Source: Mobula hypostoma (taxonomy: Eukaryota). From it: a stretch of DNA of 64,000 nt. This document shows positions 61,101-64,000 of this stretch, piece by piece (within the stretch, counting starts at the first letter, position 1; each line of letters starts with the position of its first letter). The stretch is from NCBI RefSeq assembly GCF_963921235.1, contig NC_086097.1, positions 135,968,001 through 136,032,000 on the forward strand, in the 5' to 3' direction. A program made the translations under genes and the position numbers. The notes beneath the pieces are model-generated. The model did not search any database. It was given only the letters and a program-made list of their open reading frames with translations, and was not told the origin of the DNA.

Positions 61101-63245
61101 CACGGGTAAAACCCTCCCAACCAGTCTGTCATGGGTAAAGCCCTCCCAACCAGTCCGTCACGGGTAAAACCCTCCCAACCAGTCCGTCACAGGTAAAACC
61201 CTCCCAACCAGTCCATCATGGGTAAAACCCTCCCAACCAGTCCGTCAGGGGTAAAACCCTCCCAACCAGTCTGTCAGGGGTAAAGCCCTCCCAACCAGTC
61301 CATCACGGGTAAAACCCTCCCAACCAGTCCGTCAGGGGTAAAACCCTCCCAACCAGTCCGTCACGGGTAAAGCCCTCCCAACCAGTCCGTCACGGGTAAA
61401 GCCCTCCCAACCAGTCTGTCACGGGTAAAACCCTCCCAACCAGTCTGTCACGGGTAAAACCCTCCCAACCAGCCGGTCACGGGTAAAGCCCTCCCAACCA
61501 GCCGGTCACAGGTAAAGCCCTCCCAACCAGTCCATCACGGGTAAAGCCCTCCCAACCAGTCCGTCACGGGTAAAGCCCTCCCAGCCAGCCGGTCACAGGT
61601 AAAGCCCTCCCAACCAGTCCATCACGGGTAAAGCCCTCCCAACCAGTCTGTCACGGGTAAAGCCCTCCCAACCAGTCCGTCACGGGTAAAACCCTCCCAA
61701 CCAGTCCGTCACGGGTAAAACCCTCCGAACCAGCCGGTCACAGGTAAAGCCCTCCCAACCAGTCTGTCACGGGTAAAGCCCTCCCAACCAGTCTGTCATG
61801 GGTAAAACCCTCCCAACCAGCCGGTCACGGGTAAAGCCCTCCCAACCAGTCTGTCACGGGTAAAACCCTCCCAACCAGCCGGTCACGGGTAAAACCCTCC
61901 CAACCAGTCCGTCACGGGTAAAGCCCTCCCAACCAGTCTGTCATGGGTAAAACCCTCCCAACCAGTCCGTCACGGGTAAAACCTTCCCAACCAGTCCGTC
62001 ACGGGTAAAACCCTCCCAACCAGCCGGTCACAGGTAAAGCCCTCCCAACCAGCCGGTCACAGGTAAAGCCCTCCCAACCAGTCCGTCACGGGTAAAGCCC
62101 TCCCAACCAGTCTGTCACGGGTAAAGCCCTCCTAACCAGTCCGTCACGGGTAAAACCCTCCCAACCAGTCCGTCACGGGTAAAGCCCTCCCAACCAGTCC
62201 GTCACGGGTAAAACCCTGCCAACCAGTCCGTCACAGGTAAAGCCCTCCCAACCAGTCCGTCACGGGTAAAACCCTCCCAACCAGTCCGTCACGGGTAAAG
62301 CCCTCCCAACCAGTCTGTCACGGGTAAAACCCTCCCAACCAGCCGGTCACAGGTAAAGCCCTCCCAACCAGTCTGTCACGGGTAAAGCCCTCCCAACCAG
62401 TCTGTCACGGGTAAAACCCTCCCAACCAGCCGGTCACGGGTAAAGCCCTCCCAACCAGTCTGTCACGGGTAAAGCCCTCCCAACCAGTCCGTCAGGGGTA
62501 AAACCCTCCCAACCAGCCGGTCACGGGTAAAACCCTCCCAACCAGTCCGTCACGGGTAAAGCCCTCCCAACCAGTCTGTCATGGGTAAAACCCTCCCAAC
62601 CAGTCCGTCACGGGTAAATCCTTCCCAACCAGTCCGTCACGGGTAAAACCCTCCCATCCAGTCCGTCACGGGTAAAGCCCTCCCAACCAGTCCGTCACGG
62701 GTAAAACCCTCCTAACCAGCCGGTCACGGGTAAAACCCTCCCAACCTTTGAGCACACCTACATGAAGTGCTGTTACATGAAAGCAGTATCCATCATCAGC
62801 AACACCCCCACCGCACCCCACCAGCCACGACATGCTCTCTGCTCACTGCTGCCATCAGGAAGGAGGTACAAGAGTCTCAAGACTCAGATCGCCAGGTTCA
62901 GGACCATTTATTACCCCTCAACCATCAGACTCTTGAATCAAAGGGGATAACTTCGCTCAGCTTCACTTCCCCTATCATTGAAATGTTCCCACAACCAGTG
63001 GACCCATTGTCAAGGACGCTTCATCTCATGTTCTCAATATTTATTGCTTATTCATTTATTATTAATGTTGCTTCATTTCGTATTTGCACAGTTTTGCCAT
63101 CTTCTGCACATTGGTTGAACGCCCTGGTTGCGCGGTCTTTCATTGATTCTGTTATGGTTATTATTCTATAGACTTCTTCAGAGTGCCCACATAAAAATGA
63201 AGTTCAGGGTTGGATAGGGTGATATATACGTACTTTGTTAATATA
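55200..63245 (+). mobile_element. Rex1/Babar-like LINE 3' part hosting the minisatellite
   Basis: GCITAWYGNTNVFEQKVLQKV before the array; TLPTFEHTYMKCC..KAVSII..HALCSLLPSGRRYKSL..RFRTIYYPSTIRLLN and 3' UTR after it. Confidence 0.88.
55268..62746. repeat. 29-bp minisatellite, ~258 copies (~7.5 kb)
   Basis: Consensus cagtccgtcacgggtaaa(a/g)ccctcccaac; variation confined to a few positions. Confidence 0.98.
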
Positions 63246-63331
63246 TTTACTTTGAATATTCAATGGAAAAACTTGATATTCAATGCAAAACATCTTGGAA
63301 GATGTTTCAGGTTGAGGACCAGCCCAAGATA

Positions 63332-64000
63332 TTCAAGTCAAGTCAAATCAAGTCACGTTTTATTGTCATTTCGACTATAACTGCTGGTACAGTACACAGT
63401 AAAAATGAGACAACGTTTTTCAGGACCATGGTGCTACATGAACAATACAAAAACTACACTGAACTACGTAAAACAACACAAAAACTACACTAGACTACAG
63501 ACCTACCCAGGACTGCATAAAGTGCACAAAACAGTGCAGACTTTACAATAAATATAAACAGGACAATAGGCACAGTAGAGGGCAGGAGGTTGGTGACAGT
63601 CCAGGCTCTGGGTATTGAGTAGTCTGATGGCTCGGGGGAAGAAACTATTACATAGTCTGGTCGTGAAAGCCCGAATACTTCGGTGCCTTTTGCCAGATGG
63701 CAGGAGGGAGAAGAGATTGTATGAGGGATGCTTGGGGTCCTTCATAATGCTGTTTGCTTTGCGGATGCAGCGTGGGCTGTAATTGTCTGTAATGGCGGGA
63801 AGAGAGACCCCGATGATCTTCTCAGTTGACCTCACTATCTGCTGCAGGGTTTTGTGATCCGAGATGGTGCAATTTCCGAACCAGGCAGTAATGCAGCTGC
63901 TCAGGATGCTCTCAATACAACCTCTGTAGAATGTGGTGAGGATGGGGGGTGGGAGATGGACTTTTCTCAGCCTTCACAGAAAGTAGAGACACTGCTGGGC
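63332..64000 (-). mobile_element. Young Rex1/Babar-like LINE 3' end (runs off the window)
   Basis: RSTEKIIGVSLPAITDNYSPRCIRKANSIMKDPKHPSYNLFSLLPSGKRHRSIRAFTTRLCNSFFPRAIRLLN; 3' aaatgacaataaa and (TGACT)n tail. Confidence 0.9.

Noticed and set aside
55268..62746. CRISPR-like array (29-bp repeats)
   Set aside because: Units are head-to-tail with no unique spacers, no cas genes are present, the context is eukaryotic, and the unit derives from a LINE ORF

Overview
This is eukaryotic, repeat-dominated DNA, and no host protein-coding exon could be supported. The repeat set (CR1 LINEs with an esterase ORF1, Rex1/Babar-like LINEs, V-domain SINEs, Penelope-like elements) suggests a cartilaginous fish, probably a ray (inference). 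Five structures stand out. (1) A decayed foamy-virus-like (spumaretrovirus-like) endogenous retrovirus lies on the minus strand at 4068-11747. It has two diverged LTRs, a PPT, a 4-bp TSD and a foamy-type pol (YVDD RT, PLGNHTA RNase H, integrase). Gag is deleted, and about 2 kb of unassigned env/accessory-like sequence follows pol. The provirus splits a Rex1-like LINE in frame and itself carries a solo LTR, a Rex1 fragment and a CR1 tail. (2) A complete Mag-like Gypsy element with ~140-bp LTRs, a tRNA-Leu PBS and a 5-bp TSD spans 23443-28496. (3) A Penelope-like RT/GIY-YIG element carrying minimal hammerhead ribozymes sits inside a hAT MITE (49733-53136). (4) A 7.5-kb array of a 29-bp unit (55268-62746) has expanded from ten codons of a Rex1-like ORF. 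(5) Many CR1, Rex1, SINE and Tc1 remnants fill the rest. All motif readings and identity estimates were made by eye, and boundaries of decayed elements are approximate.
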